Positions 36,601 to 45,315 of a stretch of DNA of 53,390 bases are shown here, piece by piece. Each line of letters starts with the position of its first letter. Within the stretch, counting starts at the first letter, position 1. This stretch comes from a virus. Its lineage: Duplodnaviria > Caudoviricetes. The position numbers were made by a program, and so were the translations under genes. The notes beneath the pieces are model-generated. The model searched no databases, was not told the origin of the DNA, and was given only the letters and a program-made list of their open reading frames with translations. The DNA is taken from the IMG/VR virus record IMGVR_UViG_3300025307_000067, positions 1 to 53,390 of that record. One strand, 5' to 3'.

Positions 36601-37210
36601 GTGGAAGCCGGTTATGAGCAAGGCAGAGGCAGAGAAGTTTATTGAAGGTAGTAAGTATACAGAGGACGTTTATCATGTGACTTATGAGCAGAATGCGAAA
36701 GCAATTATGAATGAAGGTTTTGATTTAGAAAAGAAAGGTTTCGGAAGAGTTTTTGGTGAAGGTGTTTATGCTGGAATGGATTTAGAAACAAAGAGTATTT
36801 ATAGAATAATGGCAGGAGGATTAAAAACTGAGAGCTTAACTCTAAAAGTTAAAGTAGATAATCCATTATTTTTAAGCGGTAGTAAGATGTATGGAATAGA
36901 TAAGACTAATATTTATGAAGACATAGTAAATAAGAAACATCAGTTTATGAAAGAGATTAATAAGAATGATATTAAATTAAGTAACCAGGCAGATATAAAA
37001 TTTCCTGGAAATCCAAGTGGAAAAAGACAATGGCTAAATGAGAATGGTTTTGTAGGATATAGCGAATTGGATTCAAAAGCATTTACTATGGCAGTTAAAG
37101 ATTTCGGATATGATTCGATAATAATAGAAGAAAAAGGCGGGCCAACTAAAATACTAGGTGGAAATCAAATTATTACTTTTGATCCTAAAAAGGTTGTGGT
37201 GATAAAATGA
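33632..37210 (+). CDS. MuF/gp7-like head morphogenesis protein with intein and two C-terminal ADP-ribosyltransferase-like domains
   Basis: RAAMLARTEVIRAH, VCPEC..., PAHPH/C-RC; LFRG...GAFGSGTY and VYHVT...VFGEGVY...GYDSI. Confidence 0.85.
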   Translation: MSVPAKKSRKPGYVIYGGQGSGNFGHAGRPTQANLTQSDTSTLLLVPSINIYAKLARVDPTRTLVLRNNFVAQMTARFRKLKAIIQKAVVDDDCFGIAKPESQGRRIVVQADLTTRGGRSFDFPTSQEKSAAFLEWLRTQEQAGILETVRIPQVGTGIESAWTDVFIKDSYQRGVQRARDELLRGGYAVPSMEVTGGISASMMQPMHINRLGVAFSRTFDGLKGITSAMDTQISHVLTKGLADGDGQATIAKKLLATIDGNNAGTLGITDSLGRFIPAERRAAMLARTEVIRAHAQGTLQEFKNWGVAGVDVLAEWVTAGFNVCPECQELAEKGPYKIEEAWDMLPAHPHCFISPMIPIYTSTGWRPIGTVQVGDMVLTHKGRFKRVYGLPRTLKQTPEVVHFSLRGFDNDGVTMTTNHPVLVSNKLLPPHWKEAGKCTLEDRIVLFASRCKRCDKKIPWFRTYCSGSCCSSDNAERQWADPAHRENVSKKNREANLRQYASGERDRFATKKANEKIRKMIKDGTWGTWMCDDFFKKVFQVTNTPEQIAVNSERMKKKNPMHDPAIVAKATASLIKTLELHPEKRLNARMAKHRKSNKMTGIEQLMAQLLDRLGIEYIFQYPILRYDVDFAIPTLKIAIECDGEYWHQDKQKDLIRQKRIEAEGWFVLRYTETKINQCFDEIEDEVVRVLANHNGDYEFVGHPIKKIERRTVTKPLTLYNLAVEEDESYIARGLVVHNCRCAWLAKPIDGKEKTPVEVAPEDIVSIISPEDSVFDSIANNYLESPSSIQGRDRTLEGLAETQGFTQLPKVVSGQEFEDIVQQQGMKELFRGVQNSNIANMFATGDYYGATGAFGSGTYAAMEQDLAKLYMAGDNAVLMRMGLPADVKIGKYADVLASMKQDTTFEKAGSKVFMQGFKENSEFLVEKGKVIESVTKDVGRWAVVNGYDAIQAPDQMIILNRSKVLVSNDLLSREGKVIRLLPETPAAGVVKWKPVMSKAEAEKFIEGSKYTEDVYHVTYEQNAKAIMNEGFDLEKKGFGRVFGEGVYAGMDLETKSIYRIMAGGLKTESLTLKVKVDNPLFLSGSKMYGIDKTNIYEDIVNKKHQFMKEINKNDIKLSNQADIKFPGNPSGKRQWLNENGFVGYSELDSKAFTMAVKDFGYDSIIIEEKGGPTKILGGNQIITFDPKKVVVIK
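34682..35845 (+). mobile_element. intein (388 aa) with DUF559/Vsr-like endonuclease
   Basis: Starts CFISP, block B TTNHPV, ends YNLAVEEDESYIARGLVVHN followed by Cys; internal VDFAI..IAIECDGEYWH. Confidence 0.93.
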
Positions 37211-37389
37211 AAGGCTGCCTTACTTGTCAATACTTTGAATGGAAGGACGAAGTTTTTCCAATATGTCAAGCCTTCCCAAACGGAATTCCAGTTGTCTTTA
37301 CCTCTGGCCAATTCCTGCACGACAAAGTAGTTGAAGGTCAAGTAGGAGATTTCGTCTGGACTAAAAAGGAACTAACCAATGCTAGCTGA
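37207..37389 (+). CDS. small CxxC...C.AFP.GIP protein (possible immunity)
   Basis: CLTC, CQAFPNGIP; directly after the MuF-ART gene. Confidence 0.7.
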   Translation: MKGCLTCQYFEWKDEVFPICQAFPNGIPVVFTSGQFLHDKVVEGQVGDFVWTKKELTNAS

Positions 37390-37591
37390 ACCCAAATGCT
37401 ATACCAGAAAATGCAAACATTTCCTGGGTGTCAAGTGGTACGGCGATGAGGAATCATCTGAGAACAATTACTGCGAAGCGTTCCCAGATGGCATCCCTCA
37501 GGAAATCGCTTACGGTACAAACCAGCATCTGAAACCTTTGCCAGATCAGGGCAATGACATTGTGTACGAGAAAGAGCAGCCGCTGAGATGA
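37379..37591 (+). CDS. paralogous small C.AFP.GIP protein
   Basis: CYTRKCKHF, CEAFPDGIP, H.KP...Q.NDIVYE. Confidence 0.7.
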   Translation: MLAEPKCYTRKCKHFLGVKWYGDEESSENNYCEAFPDGIPQEIAYGTNQHLKPLPDQGNDIVYEKEQPLR

Positions 37592-37743
37592 CTACTAAAA
37601 CTTTCATTGATGAACACCACCAGGACATGGTGGACAACAAACGCTGGGGTCAGCTCATCATTGTATATCAGAATGGTAAGCCTGTGGTGGTCAAGAAGGA
37701 AGAGACTCTGAAGCCCCCTAAGGAGAATGGAAATGGAAAATGA
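37588..37743 (+). CDS. DUF2292/YezD-like small protein
   Basis: Manual translation MTTK...KRWGQLIIVYQNGKPVVVKKEETLK. Confidence 0.55.
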   Translation: MTTKTFIDEHHQDMVDNKRWGQLIIVYQNGKPVVVKKEETLKPPKENGNGK

Positions 37744-37948
37744 AATCACCATCCAGCAATTCATAGACGCTAAGAAAGAATTGGAAGTCAACTTGGGCCT
37801 GGTTATTCAAGGGGTCGTCTCTGAATTTGAGATCAAAACTGGTTATACTCCTGGTTCAATTAAGGTGGATATGGTCGATACAACTTGTATGGGAGATGGC
37901 AGAACCCATTATGTGGTTGGAGAAATTCATACAGATTTTAATATTTAA
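37727..37948 (+). CDS. hypothetical protein
   Basis: AAGGAG RBS. Confidence 0.55.
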   Translation: MEMENEITIQQFIDAKKELEVNLGLVIQGVVSEFEIKTGYTPGSIKVDMVDTTCMGDGRTHYVVGEIHTDFNI

Positions 37949-38045
37949 TCACGAAATCGTTAAAGGGATAAATTTTATTCTTTGATTTATCAAATCCATA
38001 CATTATAATAAATGATATATAATTAATTTTGGCATCGGAACAACC

Positions 38046-38085
38046 GGGCCATCTTCCCATAACAGGGTTGGTGGCCTTTTTATTT
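38046..38085 (+). terminator. terminator/attenuator hairpin upstream of the head operon
   Basis: GGCCATC-TTCCC...GGGTT-GGTGGCC followed by TTTTTATTT. Confidence 0.6.
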
Positions 38086-38301
38086 GGAGATAAAGTGATC
38101 AGTGTCAGCCCAGAAACATGCAGGTTTGATGACATGCTTTGTACCGAGTGTCCGAGCCGGACTTTTTGTGAGCCTCTTGATCCAATGTTGGCCTTGCAAG
38201 TGGTACAAGAAGATAAACCCAAACATCGTAGAATGCCAGCCTGGCTTAAAGACGCTTCGGCATCGGTCAAGCGGTCATATGGTTTTTGAGGAGAGATAAA
38301 G

Positions 38302-40350
38302 ATGCCCTTTACTCTGAAAGATGTGGAGAAACATAATAAAGGACTGGATGACAAGAAAAAAGCCCAGTGGGTGCAGGTAGCCAATTCAGTCTACGCTAAG
38401 TGCATCAAAGATGGCGGTGATGATAAGGCCTGCGCCCCGAAGGCCATACAGCAGGCCAATGGCGTTGTGGCCACCCATTCAGACATGAAACATCAATCCG
38501 TAGGTGCTTACAACTACGAGATTAGGGAAGAGACCCATCAAGGTAAGAAATATATGGTGGTTCCGGTCGTCATGATGACCAGCGACGTCCACTCGGGTAG
38601 CCATGGTCCTCTTCTTCACCTGGCAGAGGATCTCGGCAAGTTCCCCGCCTCCTGGGATGGCATTCCAATCTCGATTCAGCACCCGCAAGAAAATGGCAAC
38701 ATTGTCTCTGCCAATCAACCTCATATTATTGACAATCAAGTAGTAGGCAAAGTTTTTAACACTCGCATGGATGAAGGCAAGCTTCGTGCAGAAGCCTGGA
38801 TTGACCAAGACGCCATCCAGCGTATCTCCCCAGAGGCCTTCAAATACATCCAGGAGGGCAAGCCTCTTGATGTATCTGTTGGGGTGTTCACCGAGGATGA
38901 ATATTCCACTGGTGATTACAATGGCAAACACTACGAAGGGATTGCCAGGAACCATCGACCAGACCACCTGGCTCTCTTGCCTGGCGGAACGGGTGCATGC
39001 TCGTGGGCCACGGGTTGTGGGATAAGGGCCAATGCTTCGGAAGGAGATAAGATGCAGACAAACATAGGTCGCTTGAAATATGATGGTACTGAATCCACCG
39101 CCTGGTCTGGGCCAACCCTGACTGACTTTGGTATGGAAGGTCGTTGGCAGGATTTGACTGATTCCGATCGGGCCAAGGTGGCTGCCCATTATCTTATCGG
39201 CACTTCCCAGACTGGTTCTTTCTCAGACTTGAAACTGCCTGTTGTCAATCCGAAGACAGGAAAGTTGAATGAGTTCGCCTTACGGGCAGTCATTAGTGGT
39301 CGAGGTTCTGCCATTACAGGAGTCAATCCCAAGGAAAAGATGGCAGCCCAGCGGATGGCCTATCAATTACTCAACGATGAGTTTGGTGCTGCTCTTGCGG
39401 TGCCGACGAATATGGAGGCCTACGACCTTTTTAATGAGCAGACGTTGAAAGCGTTGGCTCTTCTTGGGATTAATGTCTCAGTCAATCAAATGAGTTTCGA
39501 TGACATCTCTGAGAGCATCCAAACGAAGATTGATGAGATGAATACTGCCACCAAAATTTACTATCTCAAGGAAGCTTTTCCTGACTATTTCATCTATTGT
39601 CTACGATCTGCTCAAGATGGACTGGTTAGTATTGGGCCGAGAGTGGACGAAATGGATGGAGAACTTTTCAAACAAGGTTACAAAGTCGCTGCTGATGGAA
39701 TAACAATCGAATTCACCGGCGTGGCACAACCCGTCGTGAAGAAAGTCGAATATATAACCCAAGAAGAACAAGGAGACTCAATTATGGCGAACAAGGATGA
39801 GAAGAAACCCTGTTGTGCCGAGAAGGTTGAGCTGCTGATTCAGTCGGAAGACACGCAGTTCACCGAGGGCGACCGGGAATGGCTGATGAGTATGGACGAA
39901 GGGCAGATTGCCAAGTTGGAGACGAATGTGACTCCGGCCGACAAAGCCAAAGCCCAGCAGATGATGCTTGACGCCCAGAAGATGATGGATGAGGCTAACA
40001 CCCTTATGGGCAATCAAGCCACCACCAAGGAACAGGCCATCCAGGTGCTCAAAGAAGAGCTGGGTGACCAGACCAAATTCCTGGGCCTCTTGCCTCCCGA
40101 AACCCGCGCCACCATGGAGCACGGCCTGCGGCTCTACAAGGCCGAGCGCGAAAAGAAGATTGGTCACATTTTGGCCAATACCAACGCCGATGTGTACAGC
40201 CAGGCTCGTTTGATTGCCATGTCCGATCAGGACCTGGACGATCTGGCCCGGGCCATTAAGGCGCCGGCAAGTTACGCTCCGATGAGCTCGCAGACTCTGA
40301 CCAACAACGAGGAGATCCTCCTGCCCGCCGGCGTAGTGCTGGACGGCTAA
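38302..40350 (+). CDS. prohead protease/scaffold (DUF2213-like)
   Basis: WDGIPISIQHP, DVSVG, RNHRPDHLALLP..GACS...GCG; helical C-terminal scaffold. Confidence 0.85.
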   Translation: MPFTLKDVEKHNKGLDDKKKAQWVQVANSVYAKCIKDGGDDKACAPKAIQQANGVVATHSDMKHQSVGAYNYEIREETHQGKKYMVVPVVMMTSDVHSGSHGPLLHLAEDLGKFPASWDGIPISIQHPQENGNIVSANQPHIIDNQVVGKVFNTRMDEGKLRAEAWIDQDAIQRISPEAFKYIQEGKPLDVSVGVFTEDEYSTGDYNGKHYEGIARNHRPDHLALLPGGTGACSWATGCGIRANASEGDKMQTNIGRLKYDGTESTAWSGPTLTDFGMEGRWQDLTDSDRAKVAAHYLIGTSQTGSFSDLKLPVVNPKTGKLNEFALRAVISGRGSAITGVNPKEKMAAQRMAYQLLNDEFGAALAVPTNMEAYDLFNEQTLKALALLGINVSVNQMSFDDISESIQTKIDEMNTATKIYYLKEAFPDYFIYCLRSAQDGLVSIGPRVDEMDGELFKQGYKVAADGITIEFTGVAQPVVKKVEYITQEEQGDSIMANKDEKKPCCAEKVELLIQSEDTQFTEGDREWLMSMDEGQIAKLETNVTPADKAKAQQMMLDAQKMMDEANTLMGNQATTKEQAIQVLKEELGDQTKFLGLLPPETRATMEHGLRLYKAEREKKIGHILANTNADVYSQARLIAMSDQDLDDLARAIKAPASYAPMSSQTLTNNEEILLPAGVVLDG

Positions 40351-40384
40351 CCTAAACTGAATCAAGGAGAAGGAGAATAAGAAT

Positions 40385-40852
40385 ATGTCCACCCCAAACA
40401 CGATTAAGCTCAAGAAGTATCTGGATGTCGTCATCGAACGGAAGGCGGCAGCGGCCATCACTCCGGGGATGCTGATCTATCTGACCGGCACCGCTGACAC
40501 GGTGGCGAAACACAACCACGACAGCGGCCCGGTTCATCCCCCGATGTTCGCCCTCGAAGATGAGCTTCAGGGAAAAACGATCTACCAGGCCTACGCCACC
40601 GGCGACCGTGTCCAGTGCTGGATTCCCCAGCGCGGGGAAGAAGTGCTGGCTCTGTTGGTCGACGGCGAGCATGTCGAGATCGGCGATCGTCTGGCCTCCA
40701 AAGGCACCGGATGGCTGAAGAAGCATGATGCTGACTCTCTCCACGAGGAAGAAGTTGTCGCCATTGCTCTTGAGCACATGGATCGTTCCACGAGTTCAGG
40801 CGCCGGCACCGATGAAGTGGCAGGCGGTCGAATCAAAGTGATGGTGGTCTAA
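40385..40852 (+). CDS. head decoration/cement protein
   Basis: AAAAITPGML, FALEDELQG, IGDRLASKGTGWL; between scaffold and capsid. Confidence 0.75.
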   Translation: MSTPNTIKLKKYLDVVIERKAAAAITPGMLIYLTGTADTVAKHNHDSGPVHPPMFALEDELQGKTIYQAYATGDRVQCWIPQRGEEVLALLVDGEHVEIGDRLASKGTGWLKKHDADSLHEEEVVAIALEHMDRSTSSGAGTDEVAGGRIKVMVV

Positions 40853-40883
40853 ACCACAACAAGAAAGAAAGGAGAACAAAGAT

Positions 40884-41990
40884 ATGGTACATGTCGACTT
40901 AATGACCCCAAATGGCAATCAGGGCCCGATGGCTAACGCCATTGCGCAGGCCGGCCGGTTTGACCCGTCTCGCATGCGGCCTTGGGTCGGCCCCGATGGC
41001 CGTTGCTATGTGACGGTACACACCGGTGGAGATCCCAAGAAACGGGAAAGTTATCGGAACATTCAGATCAATCGGAACGAGCTCCAGACGTATGGCACCC
41101 TGCGCCGGGACGAATGGAAGCAGCTGGACGAAGCGGTTCTGAAAATCTCCGAGATCCGCCTTGGCGGCATCCAGGATCTGATCGACTACAACCTGGTCTA
41201 CAACCTTGGCAACGCCATGGGGACGACCGTGCTGGAATACCATTCCATCAGCAATGCGATGGAAGCGGTTATCAGCATGGACGGGGTAACTCGGTCTAAG
41301 GGTGACCGCCCGGTGTACAGCACCCACTACCTGCCCATCCCGATTATCCATTCGGATTTCGAGATCAACGCACGCGCCCTGGCGGCCAGTCGTTCTCTCG
41401 GCAATCCTCTGGATGTCGACTCTGTGGAACGCGGCACCCGACGGATCAATGAGAAGTTGGAATCGATGTTGTTCACCAGCACTTCCTACGCCTTCGGCGA
41501 ACTGGGAGACGATGGTTACAACAGCATCTATTCCTATCTGTCTCATCCGAAACGGAATCTGTACACCCTGGGCACTTCCTGGGCTACCGACACTGGCGCC
41601 AATATCCTGGCCGATGTCATCGGCATGAAGCAGAAGTCCATCGATGCCAAACACTTTGGCCCGTGGATGTTGTATATCCCCACAGCCTATGAGACGGCGC
41701 TCGATAAGGACTATGACGCTGTCGCAGGCACCGGCCGGACTGTTCGGTCTCGTATCTTGGAAGTTGCCGGTATCAAAGGAGTTAAGGTCGTTGATACGCT
41801 CACTGCCGCCAATGTACTTCTGGTACAGATGACCAGTGATGTGGTTCGCCTGGTTCGGGGCATGGGTATCCAGACGGTGGAATGGCAGACCGAAGGCCAG
41901 TTCATCACGAAATATAAGGTACTTACAATTTCCGTACCTCAGGTACGTGCAGATCAGGACGGCAATAGCGGCATCGTTCATGCATCGTGA
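40884..41990 (+). CDS. major capsid protein (HK97 fold, encapsulin-like)
   Basis: TLRRDEWKQLDEAV, LPIPIIHSDF, HFGPWMLY, VPQVRAD..G.SGIVH; strong codon bias. Confidence 0.9.
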   Translation: MVHVDLMTPNGNQGPMANAIAQAGRFDPSRMRPWVGPDGRCYVTVHTGGDPKKRESYRNIQINRNELQTYGTLRRDEWKQLDEAVLKISEIRLGGIQDLIDYNLVYNLGNAMGTTVLEYHSISNAMEAVISMDGVTRSKGDRPVYSTHYLPIPIIHSDFEINARALAASRSLGNPLDVDSVERGTRRINEKLESMLFTSTSYAFGELGDDGYNSIYSYLSHPKRNLYTLGTSWATDTGANILADVIGMKQKSIDAKHFGPWMLYIPTAYETALDKDYDAVAGTGRTVRSRILEVAGIKGVKVVDTLTAANVLLVQMTSDVVRLVRGMGIQTVEWQTEGQFITKYKVLTISVPQVRADQDGNSGIVHAS

Positions 41991-42052
41991 ACCTGATCTG
42001 ATTAACTCATAATATAGCTAATCATGCTATAATATGATATGAGGTTTGACAG

Positions 42053-42889
42053 ATGACGCATCTGAATACTGGCATCTATGAGATTAGAAATACTACCAAT
42101 GGTAAGCGATACGTTGGTAGTGCTATATCTTTTGATACTCGTTTCCGAGCTCATCTGAATGATCTTCGCAAAGACAAGCATCCCAACCGACACCTCCAGT
42201 TCGCCTGGAACAAGTATGGAGAAGAGTCATTTCAGATCGGTCCAATAATCATTTGTTCAGTCAAGGATTTATTGTTTTACGAACAGATAATACTGGACAC
42301 TTTCTACGACTCTCTTTACAACTTAGCTCCAACTGCTGGCAGTCAGTTAGGATTCAGATTCTCTAAAGAATCAAGGCTGAAGATGTCGATAACCAGGACT
42401 GGTCAATCTATCATCTTGCCTCCTCGTACCAAGGAACATAGCCTGGCTATTTCTAAGGCTAATACTGGAAAGACCCAATCTCTCAAAACACGACAGAAAA
42501 GATCGGACAGTATGAAAGGTAAAAATCTTGGCAGGAAAGCATCTGATCAAGCAAAGAAAAATATCTCTGATGCCAAGAAAGGTTGTATTCCCTGGAACAA
42601 GGGCAAGACGGGAGTCTACTCAGCAGATACTCTTGCCAGGATATCCGTTACCTCCACCGGTCGTGTTTTCTCTCCTAAGTCCAGACAAAAGATGGCTGAT
42701 TCCCGTAAGGGTAAACCGAATGGGTTTCAAGGTAAACATCATACTCCTGAAGCACTTGATAAAATAGCTGCCGCTGGAAGGAAGCAAGTTCAATCTCGCG
42801 AAACTCGTCAAAAACGCTCGGACTCAATCAAGAGGTGGCATGCAGAGAGAAAGGCTCAAACAAAGCCTGTAAGAATTCCGTACCTATAA
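42053..42889 (+). CDS. GIY-YIG homing endonuclease with NUMOD3 repeats
   Basis: GIYEIRNTTNGKRYVGSA...R, HPNRHLQFAW, YNL; own TATAAT promoter. Confidence 0.92.
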   Translation: MTHLNTGIYEIRNTTNGKRYVGSAISFDTRFRAHLNDLRKDKHPNRHLQFAWNKYGEESFQIGPIIICSVKDLLFYEQIILDTFYDSLYNLAPTAGSQLGFRFSKESRLKMSITRTGQSIILPPRTKEHSLAISKANTGKTQSLKTRQKRSDSMKGKNLGRKASDQAKKNISDAKKGCIPWNKGKTGVYSADTLARISVTSTGRVFSPKSRQKMADSRKGKPNGFQGKHHTPEALDKIAAAGRKQVQSRETRQKRSDSIKRWHAERKAQTKPVRIPYL

Positions 42890-42901
42890 GGATACCATAT
42901 C

Positions 42902-43222
42902 ATGACTAATCAGAGTCAGAAGTCTGAAGAAATCAAATGGATTAATCGGGGCGGCGCACTTCGCACTAAGGATGGCCGGGACATTAAGAGCGGGGAGACT
43001 TTTATGGCTTGCCCAGAAGATGTTCCGATGACATTTCGGGACGTAGTCAAACCGTTGGAACAACTCCCCGAAGAACGTCCACTTGATGTAGCACAACCTC
43101 AGTATCAAATCGTATCACGTGGCCCAGGCACCTATAATGTCATCGACGGCAATGGCAAGGTCAAGAATGAAAAGCCATTAAAACAGGCTGATGCTCAGGC
43201 ATTAGTAGAGAGTCTTTCCTAA
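42902..43222 (+). CDS. hypothetical (possibly virion-associated) protein
   Basis: AAGGA RBS; follows the capsid gene. Confidence 0.65.
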   Translation: MTNQSQKSEEIKWINRGGALRTKDGRDIKSGETFMACPEDVPMTFRDVVKPLEQLPEERPLDVAQPQYQIVSRGPGTYNVIDGNGKVKNEKPLKQADAQALVESLS

Positions 43223-43241
43223 CCGATGGGAGATTTTATGA

Positions 43242-43679
43242 ATGCGACAGACTCAGCCTCAGCAAGCCTTCGGCCTTCACCTCACTCTTGACGGATATGA
43301 TTGTCTAAGAGAGTCGTTGATGAATTTGGATTTGATCTACAGGTTTTTAGATACCTGTCCAGATCTGATCCAGATGACTAAGATCATGCCACCTTACGTC
43401 TTTAAGTATCAAGGCAAGGTGGAGTCCGACTGGGGCCTTTCTGGGTTTGTCCTCATAGCTGAATCTCACATCAGCATCCATACTCTTCCTGACCGAGCTT
43501 ATCTGAGCCTCGATATTTTCTCTTGTAAAGAGTTTGATATCCAAGAGGCGATTTTCTATGCAGTGGATCTGTTCGGAATTGGCCGATATGAGAAAAACAC
43601 TTTCGATCGAGGCTTAGAATTTCCTCGAGATCAGGAAGTTGTCACTGAGTTTTTGATGGGGCAGAGACAAAAGTTATGA
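43242..43679 (+). CDS. speD: S-adenosylmethionine decarboxylase proenzyme
   Basis: FGLHLTLDGY, GLSGFVLIAE-SHISIHT (self-cleavage site), LDIFSCKEF. Confidence 0.93.
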   Translation: MRQTQPQQAFGLHLTLDGYDCLRESLMNLDLIYRFLDTCPDLIQMTKIMPPYVFKYQGKVESDWGLSGFVLIAESHISIHTLPDRAYLSLDIFSCKEFDIQEAIFYAVDLFGIGRYEKNTFDRGLEFPRDQEVVTEFLMGQRQKL

Positions 43680-44356
43680 AATGGACAGTGCCAAAAATGT
43701 GGGACGAAGGTGAGTGTTTTATCATTGGTGGTGGTCCATCAATTGTGAGTCAGTTTAATATTCCACAGGAAATTGTTGATCAAGTTAAATTGAATCAAAC
43801 CAAGGCCAATCTTTATTCTTCATATATGAAAGTTCTTCATGATAAACATATCATAGGAGTTAACAATGTCTATATGTTAGGAGACTGGGTAGACAGCGTT
43901 TTCTTTGGTGACTGCGCTTGGTATCTTGTTCATCGGCTTAATCTTGCTAAGTTTGCTGGGTTGAAAGTGACTTGTTGTCCTCGATTTGCAGATAAGCCAG
44001 AGCAGCGCTGTGAAGGGATTAAGTATCTTGCCAAAGATGGTAAAAGATATGGAATCTCTGATAATCCAACTAAGGTGAGTTGGAATCATAACTCAGGAGC
44101 AGCAGCTATCAGTCTGGCGGTTCATTTTGGAGTTAAGAGGATTATCTTACTCGGTTTTGATATGTGTTTAGGGGATAAAGGCAGCCATTGGCACGGGTCA
44201 CACGGCAACAAGAAGCCCCCTCCTTTTGCCCGACATCTGAAGGGATTTCCAGCAATTGCAGAGGATGCTAAAAAGATTGGAGTGGAGGTTCTTAATACGA
44301 GTCCGATGAGCACTATTGAGGTATTTCCTAAAGTGTCGATTAAGGAACTGTTATGA
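43676..44356 (+). CDS. Maf/DUF115-like glycosyltransferase-related protein
   Basis: FIIGGGPS, IGVNN, NSGAAAISLA..GVKRIILLGFDM. Confidence 0.7.
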   Translation: MKWTVPKMWDEGECFIIGGGPSIVSQFNIPQEIVDQVKLNQTKANLYSSYMKVLHDKHIIGVNNVYMLGDWVDSVFFGDCAWYLVHRLNLAKFAGLKVTCCPRFADKPEQRCEGIKYLAKDGKRYGISDNPTKVSWNHNSGAAAISLAVHFGVKRIILLGFDMCLGDKGSHWHGSHGNKKPPPFARHLKGFPAIAEDAKKIGVEVLNTSPMSTIEVFPKVSIKELL

Positions 44357-45315
44357 GTATGAGAAGCTACACGGCTGCGAGTACCTTACCAGTTAAGTTG
44401 CTGCAGAATGCCTTTGTGATAAATCGTATCCGTGCCGGCTACATTCCACCCCAGCATGTTCAGTTGAATCCTACGAACCGATGTAATCTCAAGTGTGATT
44501 TTTGTTCTTGTTCTGAAAGGGATAAGAAAACTGAGTTTGACTTGGAAAAACTCCTTCTCGTTATGGCTCAATTCAAAAAACTTGGTTGTCAGGCAGTCAC
44601 AATTACTGGCGGAGGGGAGCCTCTTCTTTATCCTGATATCAATGTTCTTCTTAAGACGCTTAAAGATCTTCAAATTCAATCTGGGTTAGTTACAAATGGA
44701 ACTCAGTTTGATAAATTAGTGAACTATAAGGACATTGTTTGGTGTCGTATTTCTTCAAGTGATGATAGAGAGCCTGTCTGGGAGGGAATTGAAGATGCAG
44801 TTCGAAAGGGTCCTAACATCGATTGGGCTTTTTCTCATGTTCTTACAAGTACCCCTGATTGGTCGCGTCTTTGTCGTTTGGTTTCTTTCGCCAACAAGAA
44901 TAATTTTACTCATATACGTATCGTGGCGGATCTTTTGGATATAGACTTGGCATCGGCTCAAGTCAAACAAGCCAGAAGTCATCTTTATGTTCAAGGAGTT
45001 GATGACAGTAAAGTAATTTATCAAGACAGGGCTGAATTTGTTAAAGGGAGAAAGAAGTGTGGAATTAGTTTGCTTAAGCCAGTTGTGGGTGCTGACGGAG
45101 GAATCTATCCATGCTGCGGTGTTCAGTATGCGCAAGATCCTCCAGGTCGAGATATGGTAGAATCAATGCGTATGGGCACTCTAGACGACATTGATCGGAT
45201 ATGGAAAGAGCAGATAGCTTTTGACGGCTCTATATGTTCTAGGTGTTATTATGATGACTATAACTCGGCGTTGGATTTGCTTACCATGCCACTGAGCCAT
45301 AAGGAGTTTATTTGA
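44353..45315 (+). CDS. radical SAM protein with SPASM/twitch domain
   Basis: CNLKCDFC, TGGGEP, TNG, ADGGIYPCC, CSRCYY. Confidence 0.9.
   Translation: MSMRSYTAASTLPVKLLQNAFVINRIRAGYIPPQHVQLNPTNRCNLKCDFCSCSERDKKTEFDLEKLLLVMAQFKKLGCQAVTITGGGEPLLYPDINVLLKTLKDLQIQSGLVTNGTQFDKLVNYKDIVWCRISSSDDREPVWEGIEDAVRKGPNIDWAFSHVLTSTPDWSRLCRLVSFANKNNFTHIRIVADLLDIDLASAQVKQARSHLYVQGVDDSKVIYQDRAEFVKGRKKCGISLLKPVVGADGGIYPCCGVQYAQDPPGRDMVESMRMGTLDDIDRIWKEQIAFDGSICSRCYYDDYNSALDLLTMPLSHKEFI

Noticed and set aside
40899-41981. 360-aa antisense ORF over the capsid gene (similar shadows at 38479, 39778, 16306)
   Set aside because: Typical shadow frames from strong codon bias; no recognisable motifs
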